From Torpedo marmorata (lineage: Eukaryota), in the NCBI GenBank assembly GCA_977017645.1, contig OZ360255.1, positions 20,708,001 to 20,771,433 on the forward strand: a DNA stretch of 63,433 nt. The letters are read 5' to 3'. Under the pieces are notes generated by a model. The model was not told where the DNA came from and searched no databases. It saw only the letters and a list, made by a program, of their open reading frames with translations. A program made the position numbers and the translations under genes. Shown here piece by piece: positions 47,720 through 59,808 of the stretch (its first letter is position 1; each line of letters starts with the position of its first letter).

Positions 47720-48262
47720 TTTGCTGGGATATTTCAGAGGAAAGGTAAGAGGCCAAGCAGGTTGTGAGTCTGGAATCACATATCGGCTAGTCTAGGTAAG
47801 GACTGTCTTCCTGAAGAATATTAGTCAGCCATGTGGGATTTTGGAACAATCCAGTTGTTAGAGGTTACAGATCTTGCTTTTGATCATAAATTTAAATCAT
47901 AAAATCGAGCTACTGCGTGGATATGCAAAGACACTCTGGATCAATATTCTAAAACTATCAAACAAAATACTAGAAGGCTCTTTTCATTAAGATCACGGCT
48001 GATCTGATTTTATCCTCAACCCAACCGTTGATTTCCCTAAAATCAAGAAGTCCATTGAATAATCTCAGTGCTCCACCTCCACAGCTTTCCGTAGTTGTGA
48101 ACTCCAATCAGTTTGAATCCCTGTGGGTGAAATCCCTCCTCATCTCCACCCTGACTAGGTAATGCCTCATCCTGAAATTAAGTACCCTAGATCACGACTC
48201 TCCCACCGAGGATCATTCTCCCCCCATCCACTCCGTTCAAAGAGAAATACGAAAGCTGTGGA

Positions 48263-48377
48263 GTAGACAAAGCATTGCCGGAGGAACTCAACAGGTCACA
48301 CAGCATCCATGGGGAGAAATGTTCTACCCGTGGATGCTGTCTGACCTGCTGAGTTCCTCCAGCAAGTGTTTGTCTGC
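48263..48377. repeat. Fold-back hairpin made from a PLE tail
   Basis: GGAGGAACTCAACAGGTCA.ACAGCATCCA...TGGATGCTGT.TGACCTGCTGAGTTCCTCC. Confidence 0.75.
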
Positions 48378-48421
48378 AACCTCCCTGTCAACCTCAGTTT
48401 GTTTAATTTTATTTTTTAACG

Positions 48422-48650
48422 TTAGAAGTACAGCACAGTAACAGGCCCTTCCGGCCCATGAGCCCACGCCGCCCAAATACACCCATGTGGCCAAAAAAAA
48501 CCTACTAACCCCGTACGTCTTTGGAACGTGGGAGGAAACCGGAGCACTCGGAGGAAACCCACGCAGACACGGGAACACGTATAAACTCCTTGCAGACAGC
48601 AGCGGATTCGAACCCGGGTCACTGGTGCTGTAATAGCACTGCACTAACCA
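48422..48650 (-). mobile_element. V-SINE
   Basis: V-domain and B box. Confidence 0.85.
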
Positions 48651-48684
48651 TCTTTTATTTCAATGAGATTGTTCAAGTTCATTT

Positions 48685-48815
48685 ATTATCCACCACCAGG
48701 GCTAACCAGAAACCAGGGTTGGACGCAGAGGTCCTTGTACTTCTCAGAGCTCGAGGTGCAGCCTTCAGGACAGGGGACAAGTTAGCACTAAGATCAGCCA
48801 GGGGTGAACTCTCCC
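48685..48815 (+). mobile_element. Internal Rex1 fragment
   Basis: ANQKPGLDAEVLVLLRAR..AFRTGDK, homologous to ~14230-14350. Confidence 0.65.
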
Positions 48816-48923
48816 ATTTTATTTTTGCTTTTCCATTCTTCTCAGAGCCTCGGCCTAATCTGCCTAATGTTTCCTTAAAGGATACACCCTTCAAAACTGC
48901 AATCAATCTCGTAAACCTTTTTT

Positions 48924-49142
48924 TTAGACATTCCACAAGGTCACAGGCCCTTTCGACCCATGAGCCTGTGCTGCCCAATTACACCCAATTGACCTACAAC
49001 CTCTGGTAAATTTTTGAACGGTGAGAGAAACCCACGCATACACAGAGAGAACGTACAAACTCCTTACAGACAGCGCCGGATACGAAAACAGGTCGCTGGT
49101 GCTGTAATAGCGTTGTGCTAACCGCTACACTAACCGTGCCGC
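48924..49142 (-). mobile_element. V-SINE
   Basis: Head and partly deleted V-domain. Confidence 0.8.
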
Positions 49143-49617
49143 TACCTTCTTAGCTCTGCCTCCAGGCCTGAAGTAAAGAGAGAGCAAAATAGTCTCAAAC
49201 ATAGACAAAGAAGTCCTGGTGGTGACGTTCTTGTTCCTGCACTCTACACCGTTGCACATAGTGAGTGGAGACTACACTCACTGCCTGGAAGGTTTTAAGT
49301 TACACGTATGTGCTAACCAGGGACCACTCCACCTTTGTTTGGTCAGGATAGCCACTAGTGACCTGGCCCTGGGCAAATGAGTGGAGAGCAGGAATGGATT
49401 GACAAGGGAGTAAGCACCACCCACTACACGACCATAGCAGGGAAGTGAAAAGCAAGAGGTGGTAATGGAAGGCGGAGAGGAGGGCATTACAGTTGAGGAA
49501 CAATATGGATCGGTGACCATATTAAATATTTCATCACTATTTTCAAATATTATAGGACAGGAACAGGCCTTTGGCCCATGTGTCTGTGCTGAACACGATG
49601 GCCAAATATTGAATGTA

Positions 49618-50336
49618 CAGAAAAACCCCTGGCATCCGGCACCTATGGGGATTGGTAGATGCCGAATAAGTGTATTTTCCAGTTGTTTGACACTTACTCT
49701 TGCAATGCCTGACTAATGCACCTGCATTAAGAATAAACAGTTTAAAAGACAAAAATACTATACTGTACTTACACTGAACAAACTTCACTTGCATGAATAT
49801 ATAAACCTTAAAGCATTTTACTTTATTTTCAATCACATTCTTTGAAAACATTTAACTGTCGCTGCATCTGCAGGTTCCTCCACCTCCACGGAGCCGCCCG
49901 AAAGATGAACAATAACGTTATAGATAATTAACCCCCCCTCCCCCTCAAGTTTACAGATAAAGCCTCTGACCAGGGCGACTCTTACTAAGCAGGGATAAGG
50001 AGACACTTTAAGAGAGTCACCCCAACGGCGAGCGGCATCAACCAGCTCTTCATCTTGGGCGACGCCATTGCTGTTTCACACAACTTTATTCAAACAGCTG
50101 CTACGAGCAAAACACGACCAAGGCACTCCGCTGGCTGAATATTTACTCCCATCTTCACCAAAGGTTTATGTGTTACTTCAAAGAACGTTTACTTTTAGAA
50201 TTTTAAACATGTATTTTTTTACCTATTATTTTATTCTTAATTATTTTAATTTAAAAAAAATTTATTTTCCTCGATTTTTTTTCCGGTTACTTGAGGCTTC
50301 CGGTTGCTTGAATTAAGGAGAACAGGGGTTTTACTG
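49618..50336. mobile_element. Longer (719 bp) member of the Tigger-type MITE family
   Basis: Same ends as 42839-43062, TA TSD, extra ~500-bp internal sequence. Confidence 0.8.
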
Positions 50337-50685
50337 TAAAATGAATCCATGTGAAGTGCACAGTTCCAATTTTTTTTTTGATTCGATAGTTAAGATGGTT
50401 ATACAATGTAACGTGGGTGGATCTGGAATGAACACTACCCACAAAATTTAGAACAAAACTAATGCTGAGTGGCCCACCCACATGCACAAAGGAGGATTTG
50501 AGGTCTGGGCCTGTACAGCCATGATTGCATTGAAGGTGGAATAGTCTCAAGGGGATGAGTGGCCTACTCTTGCTCCTGTTTTCTTGAGTTTTTGTGCTTT
50601 CAACTTCAGACATCTCACTTTATCATGGATCGCCCGAACTCCATGCCAAAATTTTACCTTCTGTTAAATGTCTAAATTTTAAATT

Positions 50686-50915
50686 TTAGACACTCAACAC
50701 GGTAACAGGCCGTTCCGGCCCACAAGCCTGTGCCACCTAAATACCCCAATTAACCTACAATGTTTTGAATGGTGGGAGGAAACCAGAGCACCCGGAGGAA
50801 ATCCACGCAGACATGGGGAGAACATACAAACTCCTTACAGAGGGCACCGGATTCGAACCCAGGTCGCTAGTGCTGTTATAGCATTGCGCTGACCGTTACA
50901 CTAACCGTGACACCC
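50686..50915 (-). mobile_element. V-SINE
   Basis: Head, V-domain, tail. Confidence 0.85.
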
Positions 50916-50949
50916 AATCTACCTCATTCGTATCTGAAGAATCAAAGTT

Positions 50950-52050
50950 AATTGAACATACAACAGAGAACGGTGCAGCACAATGTTGTGCCGACCTATA
51001 CAGTATAAACCTATTCCACCATCGATCTAATGCTTCCCTCCCTCACACCCATAACCTTCTATTTTTCTTACATCCATGTGCCTATCAGAAGCCCCTTTCA
51101 CACTGCCAAATAACATGGGTTGAACCGGGCAACTTAGTGGGTATTTAGCAGGTCACCTGGCAGTGTGAATGGTCCCAACCGGGAAGGGGGAGGTAAAAAT
51201 CAACCGGGCTCTGATACTTGGTAGGGGTTTGTATCAGAACCCGGCCGAGTTGACTCGGAATTGACTTGACTGCAATGTGAACGGCCAACCGGCTCTACTG
51301 GGTACCATTAGTGAGGTCAGTGCCTGTGTGCATGCATTAGTCTGGTAGTTTTAATATCAGTGCAGTTATATTTCACAGCGTGGCCGGCGGGGCTGTCAGC
51401 GCGCGGCCGGTGGAGCTGTCACAGAGCGGCCGGTGGAGCTGTTTGTGCGTACCTGTGCTTTAAATCATCTCAAGATTACTTATAATACCTAATACAATGT
51501 AAATGCTAGGTTGTTCTTCTTTACCCAGTCTGATCACAGAACGAGCATTAGTGCTCAGCCCAATGTCCTCTCAGTTCCCAAGTTTGAACAGTCTGAAGCC
51601 CACTGCAGTAGATTTTCCCACGGTCTTTTATACATTGAGCGCTTATGTGCTTTATTCCCGCTACGATTTCACTGCCCTGCGAGTACGTGATACGTCACTC
51701 GGGACGTCACCACTGGAGGTTGGGCCCCCCTTAGATTCGCGATATCCACATGAACCGGGTAATTCATGGTCCAGTGTGAACGGCTCACTGGGTACTGCAA
51801 CCTGGATCGTTTACTCGCCTATTTAGTGGGTTGCCAGAGTGAAAGGGGCTGTCTTCTGAATGTCCCTATTGTACCAGCCTCCACCACCTCCCCCCAGCAA
51901 TGCATTCCAGGCACCCACCGCTCTCTGAGTTTAAAAAACCTACCTCTGACGTCTCCCCTAAACTTTCCTCCACTTACCTTAAACATATTGGCCCTGGAAA
52001 ATAGGTGCTGGCTGTCCACCCTATCTATGCCTCTCATAATCTTATGCACT
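50950..52050 (-). mobile_element. CR1 3' fragment split by a DNA element
   Basis: Parts 50950-51089 and 51851-52050 (KIMRGIDRVDSQHLF, GKFRGDVRG). Confidence 0.7.
51090..51850. mobile_element. Non-autonomous TIR element, probably PIF/Harbinger-like
   Basis: TIR AGCCCCTTTCAC(A/T)CTG; subterminal CAGTGTGAA repeats; internal 3x GGCCGG(C/T)GG(G/A)GCTGT; no clear TSD. Confidence 0.6.
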
Positions 52051-53039
52051 CATATTATACACTAGAATTGTGCACTCTACCTGGTGAATGAGCCCATTTA
52101 GTTACCCAAACAACTGCAGACGCTGAAAATCTGAAGCAAAAATCGAAGATGGTGCAGGTCGGGCTTCATCTGTGGAGAGTGAAGCCAATGTTTCAGGTCA
52201 GGAAGCTTTATGAGGAGCTGCAATGTTGACTCTGTCAGCTTCTCCACCGACGCTGCCTGTCGGGATCAGTGTTTCTGGCTTTTCCCCTTTCTGCTCAGTA
52301 ACGCCCTGTGAAATATATCTCATCCAAAAGCTCGTCCAAACAGATATCCACATCCTTAGTTGAGAACGGTGGAGTGCAGAACTTTTTGAGACACAACCTT
52401 CTGTCAGAAATTGGGATGAAGGCTATCATATGACATTTCCCAAATTGTGGAATTCTGCTTGCTCCATCCTCGATCATTCCTGCATTTTTTCCATAATGTT
52501 CACTGAATTCCTACTTAATTGCTGTGATAACTCAGCTTCAAAAGCCAAGTGCAAAGTGTTCCACTTTCTAATTAAATCAAGGAAAAGCTGTCAACACCCT
52601 CTTCACTGTTTCAGTGTTATTTCTCCAAACAAGACCATTGATATTCATCATCACCCACTGCTGACCACCCCTTTCTGAACTCTTCGGCTTGATTAAGGCA
52701 GTATCCTATCAACATGACCACTCCATTAAAAGACTTTTTTAGCAAAGAGCAAGTACATTTTGTTCGGCCCAGGAAGTCGGTACCATGATTTACGTAAGAC
52801 TTTTGAAAAAGTTCCACTTGTAAAGATGTTCAGTGAACCCATGGTAAAGAATTCACAATCTTTCACTCTGCCCTGAAGAATTTCACAGCTAATCACATAC
52901 TAATTGATGTGTAGTCACTGTTATGTCGGAAACTCAGCACCCAATTTGGGCATGGGAATTTCTCACAAACTGCAAATCAACTACCGGTAGTTTCTTTTTT
53001 CTGCTGTAGTTGAAGAATGATTTTTTTGTCATCTGTAAT

Positions 53040-53228
53040 TTAGAGATACAGTAGGGTGACAGGACCTTCCCGTCCAAGTACACCGATGGGACCAATTAAT
53101 CTTGTAACCCTGTACATATTTGGAATGTGGGAGGAAATCACCTTGAGGAAACCCACGTGGACACGGGGAGAACGTACAAACCCCTTAGAGTCAGCGGCGG
53201 ATTCGAACATGGGTCACTGGCGCTGTAC
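53040..53228 (-). mobile_element. Diverged V-SINE
   Basis: Degenerate V-domain and B box. Confidence 0.7.
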
Positions 53229-53454
53229 AGTGATAAGATAATCGTTGCAAGGATGTCAGGGATAGCTAGTGCTTCCATTGGACAAAATATTTGTGTCAGG
53301 AACAATGAGAGAAAAAGAAGTGGGTGTGAAACACCTTGAATAATGTTGAAGGAGCTTAAAAGGTTGAATGGAATTCAAATCTTCTTCACATTTGTCCAGA
53401 CAAAGCAGAGTAGAAGCGACAGGATATTTAGTGTTCCAGTATTTTATTTTTAAA

Positions 53455-53609
53455 TTTAGACATACAGCACGGTAACAGGCCCTTCTGGCCCACGAGCCCG
53501 TGCCTCCCAAATACACCCAATTAACTTACAAGCCCCATCCGGTTTTTGGAGGGTGAGAGGAAACCGGAGCACCCGGAGGAAACCCACGCAGACACGGGGA
53601 GAACGTACA
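53455..53609 (-). mobile_element. 5'-truncated V-SINE
   Basis: V-domain and tail only. Confidence 0.8.
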
Positions 53610-54142
53610 GGCAGAATAGTGGAATGGGATCAGTGGGCCTCACGGACTGCTCCTTGAGAAATGTGCCAGTTCCTGCTTTCAACATCTTATCTCGTTGCTG
53701 ACAAATTTCGAAAGCCAACCGTATATGAGCGGTGGTCTGGGACCTCTGGGTCATGACTGCCAAACACAGCCTCGGGAATGGCCACATTGGAAGTGAAAGC
53801 AACTAGTCACGAGTGAAATAGAATCTGCCCGAACACTGTTTCTTCAGGAACTCTGGCAGAATTCCCACTCTTACACAGCACAATTACAAAAAATATTTTC
53901 TGTTTCAAACCGTGAAATTTTACTTTTTATTTATTGATATTTTCCTTCAATGGAAGTAGCTGCCAATATTTACCTCTTTGTCTCTAATTCCCCTTGAACA
54001 GTTCAGAATCAATCACATTGATGGGTCTGCAGTCATATAGTCCCGAGGAACATCAGTAATCAGATGCATTTTAAGATGTGCAGGGTGCTGTGTATCCAGC
54101 ATAGAGTTGATGGAGTTCATGTGGAAATAGAAATAATTGCAT

Positions 54143-54392
54143 GGCAGCACGGTTGGCGTAGCGGTTAGCGCAACGCCTTTACAGTGCCAGCGATTGGGAC
54201 CGGGGTTCAAACACCGCGCAGTCTGTAAGGAGTTTGTACGTTCTCCCCGTGTCTGCGTGGATTTTCTCCGGGGGCTCCGGTTTCCTCCCACTGTTCAAAA
54301 CGTACCGGGGGGTGTAGGTTAATGGGGTGTAAATTGGGCGGCACGGACACGTGGGCCGGAATGGCCTGTTACCGTGCTGTATGTATGTATGT
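54143..54392 (+). mobile_element. V-SINE
   Basis: Head, V-domain, (GTAT)n tail. Confidence 0.88.
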
Positions 54393-54437
54393 GAACAACC
54401 TAAACCCATTTCCTTGAAGCGTGATGAACTCCTGTGT

Positions 54438-56133
54438 CTTGACTTCAGATTCCCTGAACCGGACCGCATCATCTTCACCATGGATGTCCAATCCCTTTAT
54501 ATCTCTCTCCCCCACACAGAAGGTCTGAAAGCACTTAGCTTCTTCCTGGACCAAAGACCCGACCAGTCACCCTCTACCACCACCCTCCTCCGCCTGGCAG
54601 AACTTGTCCTCACTCTCAATAACTTCTCCTTCAACTCATCCCACTTCTTCCAAATCAAAGGAGTAGCCATGGGTACCCGCATGGGTCCCAGCTACGCCTG
54701 CCTGTTTGTGGGCTTTGTGGAGCAATCCATGCTGCAAGCCTACACAGGCAAGACCCCTCATCTCTTCCTCCGTTACATCGACGACTACATCGGGGCTGCC
54801 TCATGCACCCGTGATGAGCTTGTCAACTTCATCTACTTCGCATCCAACTTCCACCACGATCTCAAACTCACCTGGTCCATCTCTGATAACACTCTCCCCT
54901 TCCTGGATCTCTCTGTCTCCATCTCGGGAGACAAGCTTTCCACCGACATTTACTACAAACCCTCCAACTCCCACAATTATCTGGACTACACATCCTCACA
55001 CCCTGTCCCCTGCAAGGACTCCATCCCCTTCTCTCAATTTCTCCGCCTCCACCGCATCTGTTCCCAAGATGAGGTGTTCCACTCCAGATCTTCTGAAATG
55101 TCTGCCTTTTTCCACAAACGTGGCTTCCCCTCCACCACCATCAACTCAGCCCTCACCCGCATCTCCTCCATTTCCCGCTCATCTGCCCTGGCCCCCTCTG
55201 CCCCCAGACACAACAAACATAGAATCTCCCTCATCCTCACCTACCACCCACCAGCCTCCGCATCCAACACTTACTACAGGATCCCACCACCAGACACATT
55301 TTTCCTTCTCCTCCCCTCTCGGCCTTCCGTAGGGACCGCTCCCTCCGCGATTCACTCGTGCACTCATCCCTCCCCACCCATCGCACCCCCACCTTCCCCT
55401 GTGCCCGCAGGAGGTGCAACACCTGCGCCAACACCTCCCCCCTCACCACGGTCCAGGGCCCCAAACAGGCCTTCCAAGTGAAACTACACTTCACTTGTAC
55501 ATCCAGAGAACTTATTTACTGCATCCGGTGCTCCCTTTGTGGCTTTCTCTACATTGGAGAGACTGGTCGTAGATTGGGAGACCACTTTGCTGAGCACCTC
55601 CTCTCCGTCCGCAACAACAGCGACCTCCCAGTAGCCAACCATTTCAATTCCGGGTCACATTCCCACACTCACATGTCTGTCCATGGCCTTATGTACTATC
55701 CCACCCAGACTACCCGCAAATTGGAGGAACAACATCTCATTTTCCGTCTCGGCACTCTCCAGCCAGATGGCATTAACATTGACTTTTCTGCTTTCCACTA
55801 AACCTGCTTGTCGTTCCCTTCCCCTCCCCCCTCACCTGTCCTTCCTGTTTTTCTTCAGCTACCTAGCCATCCCTCCTCCCCCTCTCTGCTGCTGTCCCCT
55901 CCCTCCTTTCTCCACCTACCATCTCCTGCCTTTGCTACCCCCCTTCCCCCCTCACTCTTTTGTTCAGACGCCTACCGGCATTTTCTCATACTTTGATGAA
56001 GGGCTCAAGCCCGAAACGTCGGTTATGTATTTCTACCTTTGCTACATAAAAGACACTGTTTGACCTGCTGAGTTTCTCCAGCATTTTGTGTTTTTTACTT
56101 CAACCACAGTGTCTACAGATTTTCGTGTTTTAC
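54438..56133 (+). mobile_element. Longest PLE copy (Neptune-type RT + Cys linker + GIY-YIG + hammerhead tail), 5'-truncated
   Basis: MDVQSLY, GVAMGTRMGPSYACLFVG, RYIDD, LPFLD, C..RRCNTC, LIYCIRCSLCGFLYIGETGRRLGDHFAEH; deletion/frameshifts near 55250-55390; ~10-bp duplication TC(C/T)TGTGTCT. Confidence 0.93.
55987..56027 (+). ncRNA. Minimal hammerhead ribozyme-like motif in PLE tail
   Basis: Identical to 6450-6490. Confidence 0.6.
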
Positions 56134-56264
56134 TTCTTGTGTCTACTCTCTGCCCTGAAGAGCTGGCACTCTTCTCAGGGATCGGCCTTAAGCCAATTCT
56201 GCTCCACTTCAATATCTTGCTTGTTGCTTCACAATCAGAAAGGTTTCACCCATTCCAGGGTTCA

Positions 56265-56628
56265 ATGTCTTATTGACATTGACTCTCCCCCTCCCCCCTC
56301 TTCTTCCCCCTGTCGCCTTTCCCCCAGCTCTGCCTCTCTCTCATCCTTTTCCCCTCATTTTTTCACAGAGCCAAAACCAATTCTCACCTCTCCTCTTATC
56401 ATATCCAATTAACACCTTTTGTTGGTCTGAACTCTTCCCCCTGCCAGTCTTCAGTCTTTATTCTGACGCATTCCTGTTCTATGCTCATACCTTGAAGAAG
56501 GGCTCAGGCCCGAAACGTCAGTAATACATCTTTACCTTCTACGGACACTGCAAGACCGGCTGAGTTCCTCCAGCATTTACTGTGTGTTTTTACTACAATC
56601 ACAGCGTCTGCAGACTTTCATGTTTCAC
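56265..56628 (+). mobile_element. PLE tail, second subfamily, with hammerhead variant (56486-56527)
   Basis: CATACCTTGAAGAAGGGCTCAGGCCCGAAACGTCAG. Confidence 0.8.
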
Positions 56629-57392
56629 CCAATGTCTTATTGCCCTTTGCATGTGGCTGTCTGCTTTCAATGGCCATGTATGGCAAGCACCATCTTTGCT
56701 TCAACAAGTGCCTACTGACGTCAGAGGATTCATCCTCCAACTCTTCTTCCTGAGATTTGTGCACGTGGAGCATTCTCTGTCACATTGGGAGTCATTGTGG
56801 TGTCTCAGGGAAGAGGAGGGTGGACGACAGGCTTAGGTGAAGAGGGGTGGGGAGAAACACGAGTGGTCCTTGGGAATGAAGGTTTCTGGGCGGTATCACT
56901 CTGCAATTGCTGCTTCAGACTAATGCTTTACTAGGGAAAGGAAGTCAAGAAACTCAGATGCCCCAAAGCACTGGATCATCCGTATCTCCAGTGATGCCTT
57001 GGTTAATGATTTTAACGAGCTTTAGGAGAGGGAAGTATAACTGGTGCCGTTGATGTGGCTCTGAGTCATTCATCAGCCGTGAATTCTACTTAATCCATGG
57101 GTTTGAGTGGGAAACCAACAAGGTTTTGAGAGGAGGCCATCTTAGAAGAGGACGATGGCATGAGTATCTCAGGGTTTATCTGGGACCCTCACAGTTCTGA
57201 CTTTGACCTCTCGCTTCTTATGTGAAACTTGTCCAATGCCTTTTGTAGGTAAAACAGCACAATGCCGCACACCTTCCTGTTGCCCACCTTAAGATGATAA
57301 CATTGGGGAAGGTGAGATCAGACAGGCAGAATTCTCTCTGCTTTATACGGAACTCCTATCTCGTTGGGTGAATGGGGTAGGTGTCGTTGGTA

Positions 57393-57490
57393 ATAAAAAC
57401 ACACGAAATACTGGAGGAACTCAGCTGGTCATTTCAGCATCTATTGGAGACAAAGATATATTGCCGACGTTTCGGGCCTGAGCCCGAAAT
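57393..57490 (-). mobile_element. PLE tail fragment truncated within the hammerhead stem II
   Basis: GACGTTTCGGGCCTGAGCCCGAAA fold-back end. Confidence 0.65.
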
Positions 57491-57954
57491 TTGAAGGGGA
57501 GCCGTGAATTCTAAGGGGAGCCTGATCAACAGAAGTGGACAAATAGCAGGTGCTGATGGGGTGTGGTGAACGAGGGTGGGAAGAAACTCAAGTAGACCTG
57601 ATGAATAAATGGTCTCTTTCTGTGCTGTACATATTTGTTTTACGTTTTGATTTAAGATTCCTGTTTCTACATATTCGTTCGCTGGGGCTCCACAAGTAAA
57701 GATGCAGGTCGTGCCACCTCGCTGGGATTCTGCTGTCCCAAACTTCTATCCATTGACTTCATAAATCCTGACGAGTATCTCTGGCCCATGATGAAAGCCT
57801 GCCACTTGCTGTGCACCTTCGATGCTACCCTTTTATTCCAGGTCTTATGCATTTCTAAACACTCTTTTAACTTCTTGCTAAAATTTTGTACATTAGTCTC
57901 TGATTTGCTACTGAATTTGGAAACAGGATTTTCTCTTGTTCCGTTATTTTTAAT

Positions 57955-58235
57955 TTGAACAGTACAGGCCCTTTGGCCCTCGACGTTGTGCCGACCCATA
58001 TATTCCTTAAATAAAATATACTAAGCCCTCCCTACCCCATAACCCTCTATTTTTCTTCCATCCATGTGCCTGTCTAAGAGTCTTTTAAATGCCCCTAATG
58101 TTTCAGCCTCCACCACCATCCCTGGCAAGGCATTCCAGGCACCCACAACTCTGTGTAAAAAAACGGACCCCCTGATATCTCCCCTAAACTTCCCTCCCTT
58201 TACTTTGTACAGATGTCCTCTGGTGTTTGCTATGT
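57955..58235 (-). mobile_element. CR1 3' fragment
   Basis: TRGHLYKVKGGKFRGDIRG...RVVGAWNALP. Confidence 0.85.
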
Positions 58236-58887
58236 CATCTATTTTGCCCATAATGTTTCTTGACCCCTCTCATTCAGTCATCAGAATCAATCATTTATTT
58301 CCTCCTGTTCCCAGTGACTATCCCAACAAATAATGCCTTCATTAAACTATTTACAAACTGCACAGCACCCATTTAGTCTGCTCCATTGAGTTGCATGATG
58401 GTGCAGTCACCCATGTTACTGCCTTGCAGTCCCCGGGACACAGGTTCGATCCTAACATCAGGCGCTGTCTGTGCGGAGTTTTCATGATCTCTCTGTCACC
58501 CTATAGACGGACTCCCACCTTGTAAAGACATATTGGAGATTAATTAACTACTGTATAGGTAAGTGGCAAAAAAACTGAAGAGGAGGTGATGGGCTTGTGA
58601 GGGAGAATAAGTTGAAGGAATACAGGGAAGTAAGGAGAGGGAGATTGGGACTGATGGATTGCGCCCCTGGGCAGAATTACCTCATTTAGTCTCCGAGCAA
58701 GTAAGTAATTTAACTTTATTTTATGGATAGCGATTGTAGTTTGGAGAAATTGCCAACTTCTCTCCGTCAGAAAGGCCGTCCTGTTCTAGACAGGTGTTTG
58801 TAGGAGGGATTTGGGAAGGGATTCGACTTCATCAGATGTCAGCAGTGTTGGTCTCTATGAAGCAACACTTAAAAAGTGTCACGGAAC

Positions 58888-59280
58888 CAGCGTCGGCGCC
58901 AAGCGGGGGGCATTCGCGGGCATTGCCCCCCCAAGCGAGGTGCTGTGCCCCCCATCGCTTGCCGACAGACCCGCCACCGCCCGCGTCACTAGCGTGCGTC
59001 AAGCGTGACTAGTGTCTTAGCTTGATGCACGCTAGTGATTCTCCACCCGACCGCGTCACTAGCGTGTGACAAGCGTGACTCTCGACGCAATAAAAGCAGC
59101 GATTTCGGCTGCTACCGTTGGAGGGAATGGAGGTTTCCGTCCGTCCGGTAGGCAGCTAGCAGCACCCCCCCCACCCCCCCCCCCCATTGAGCGAGTTTAC
59201 GACTGTCGGACTGTGCCCCCCCTCCCGCCCCCCGGTTACCCTAATGTCCCCCTCTAACACTCGTTCTGGCGCCAACCCTG
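58888..59280. mobile_element. CpG-rich hAT MITE
   Basis: TIR CAG(C/G)GT(C/T)GGCGCCA; 8-bp TSD CAC(G/A)GAAC at 58880-58887 and 59281-59288. Confidence 0.85.
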
Positions 59281-59569
59281 CACAGAACTTTGTCACTGAT
59301 AAACAGTCTCGAGAAAGGGTCCTGATGTGGAATGCTGACTGACCTTTTCTGCCTCTGGATGCTGTCTGACCCATTGACTTCCTCCAGCGTCACATGGTTA
59401 ACTTAGTCATTGAAGAATAGGTGATCATGTTTTTGTCCACCTGGCTCCTTAACTCTGGAACTTCTTCCCAAGTTCTCACCTCCTTTATTTTTTAATATAT
59501 TTTTATTTTTTACTCACTCTTCTCCTTGAATCAACTTCGTGAAATGATTGGGTAATTTTTCATGTTAAT

Positions 59570-59808
59570 GTAGACACACAGCACAGTAACAGGCCCTTCC
59601 GGCCCACGAGCCTGTGCTACCTAAATACTCCAATTAACCTACAACCCCCCCCCCCCCCATACGTTTTGAACGGTGGGAGGAAACCAGAGCACCTGGAGGA
59701 AACCCACGCAAACACGGGGAGAACGTACAAACTCCTTACAGACAGCGCTGGATTCGAATGCCGGGTCGCTGGCTCTGTAATAGCGTCGCGCTAACCTCTA
59801 CGCTGACC
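59570..59808 (-). mobile_element. V-SINE
   Basis: V-domain, B box, tail. Confidence 0.85.

Noticed and set aside
52295-52401. Minus-strand exon candidate (RLCLKKFCTPPFSTKDVDICLDELL)
   Set aside because: Acceptor-like site present but no convincing donor and no recognisable homology
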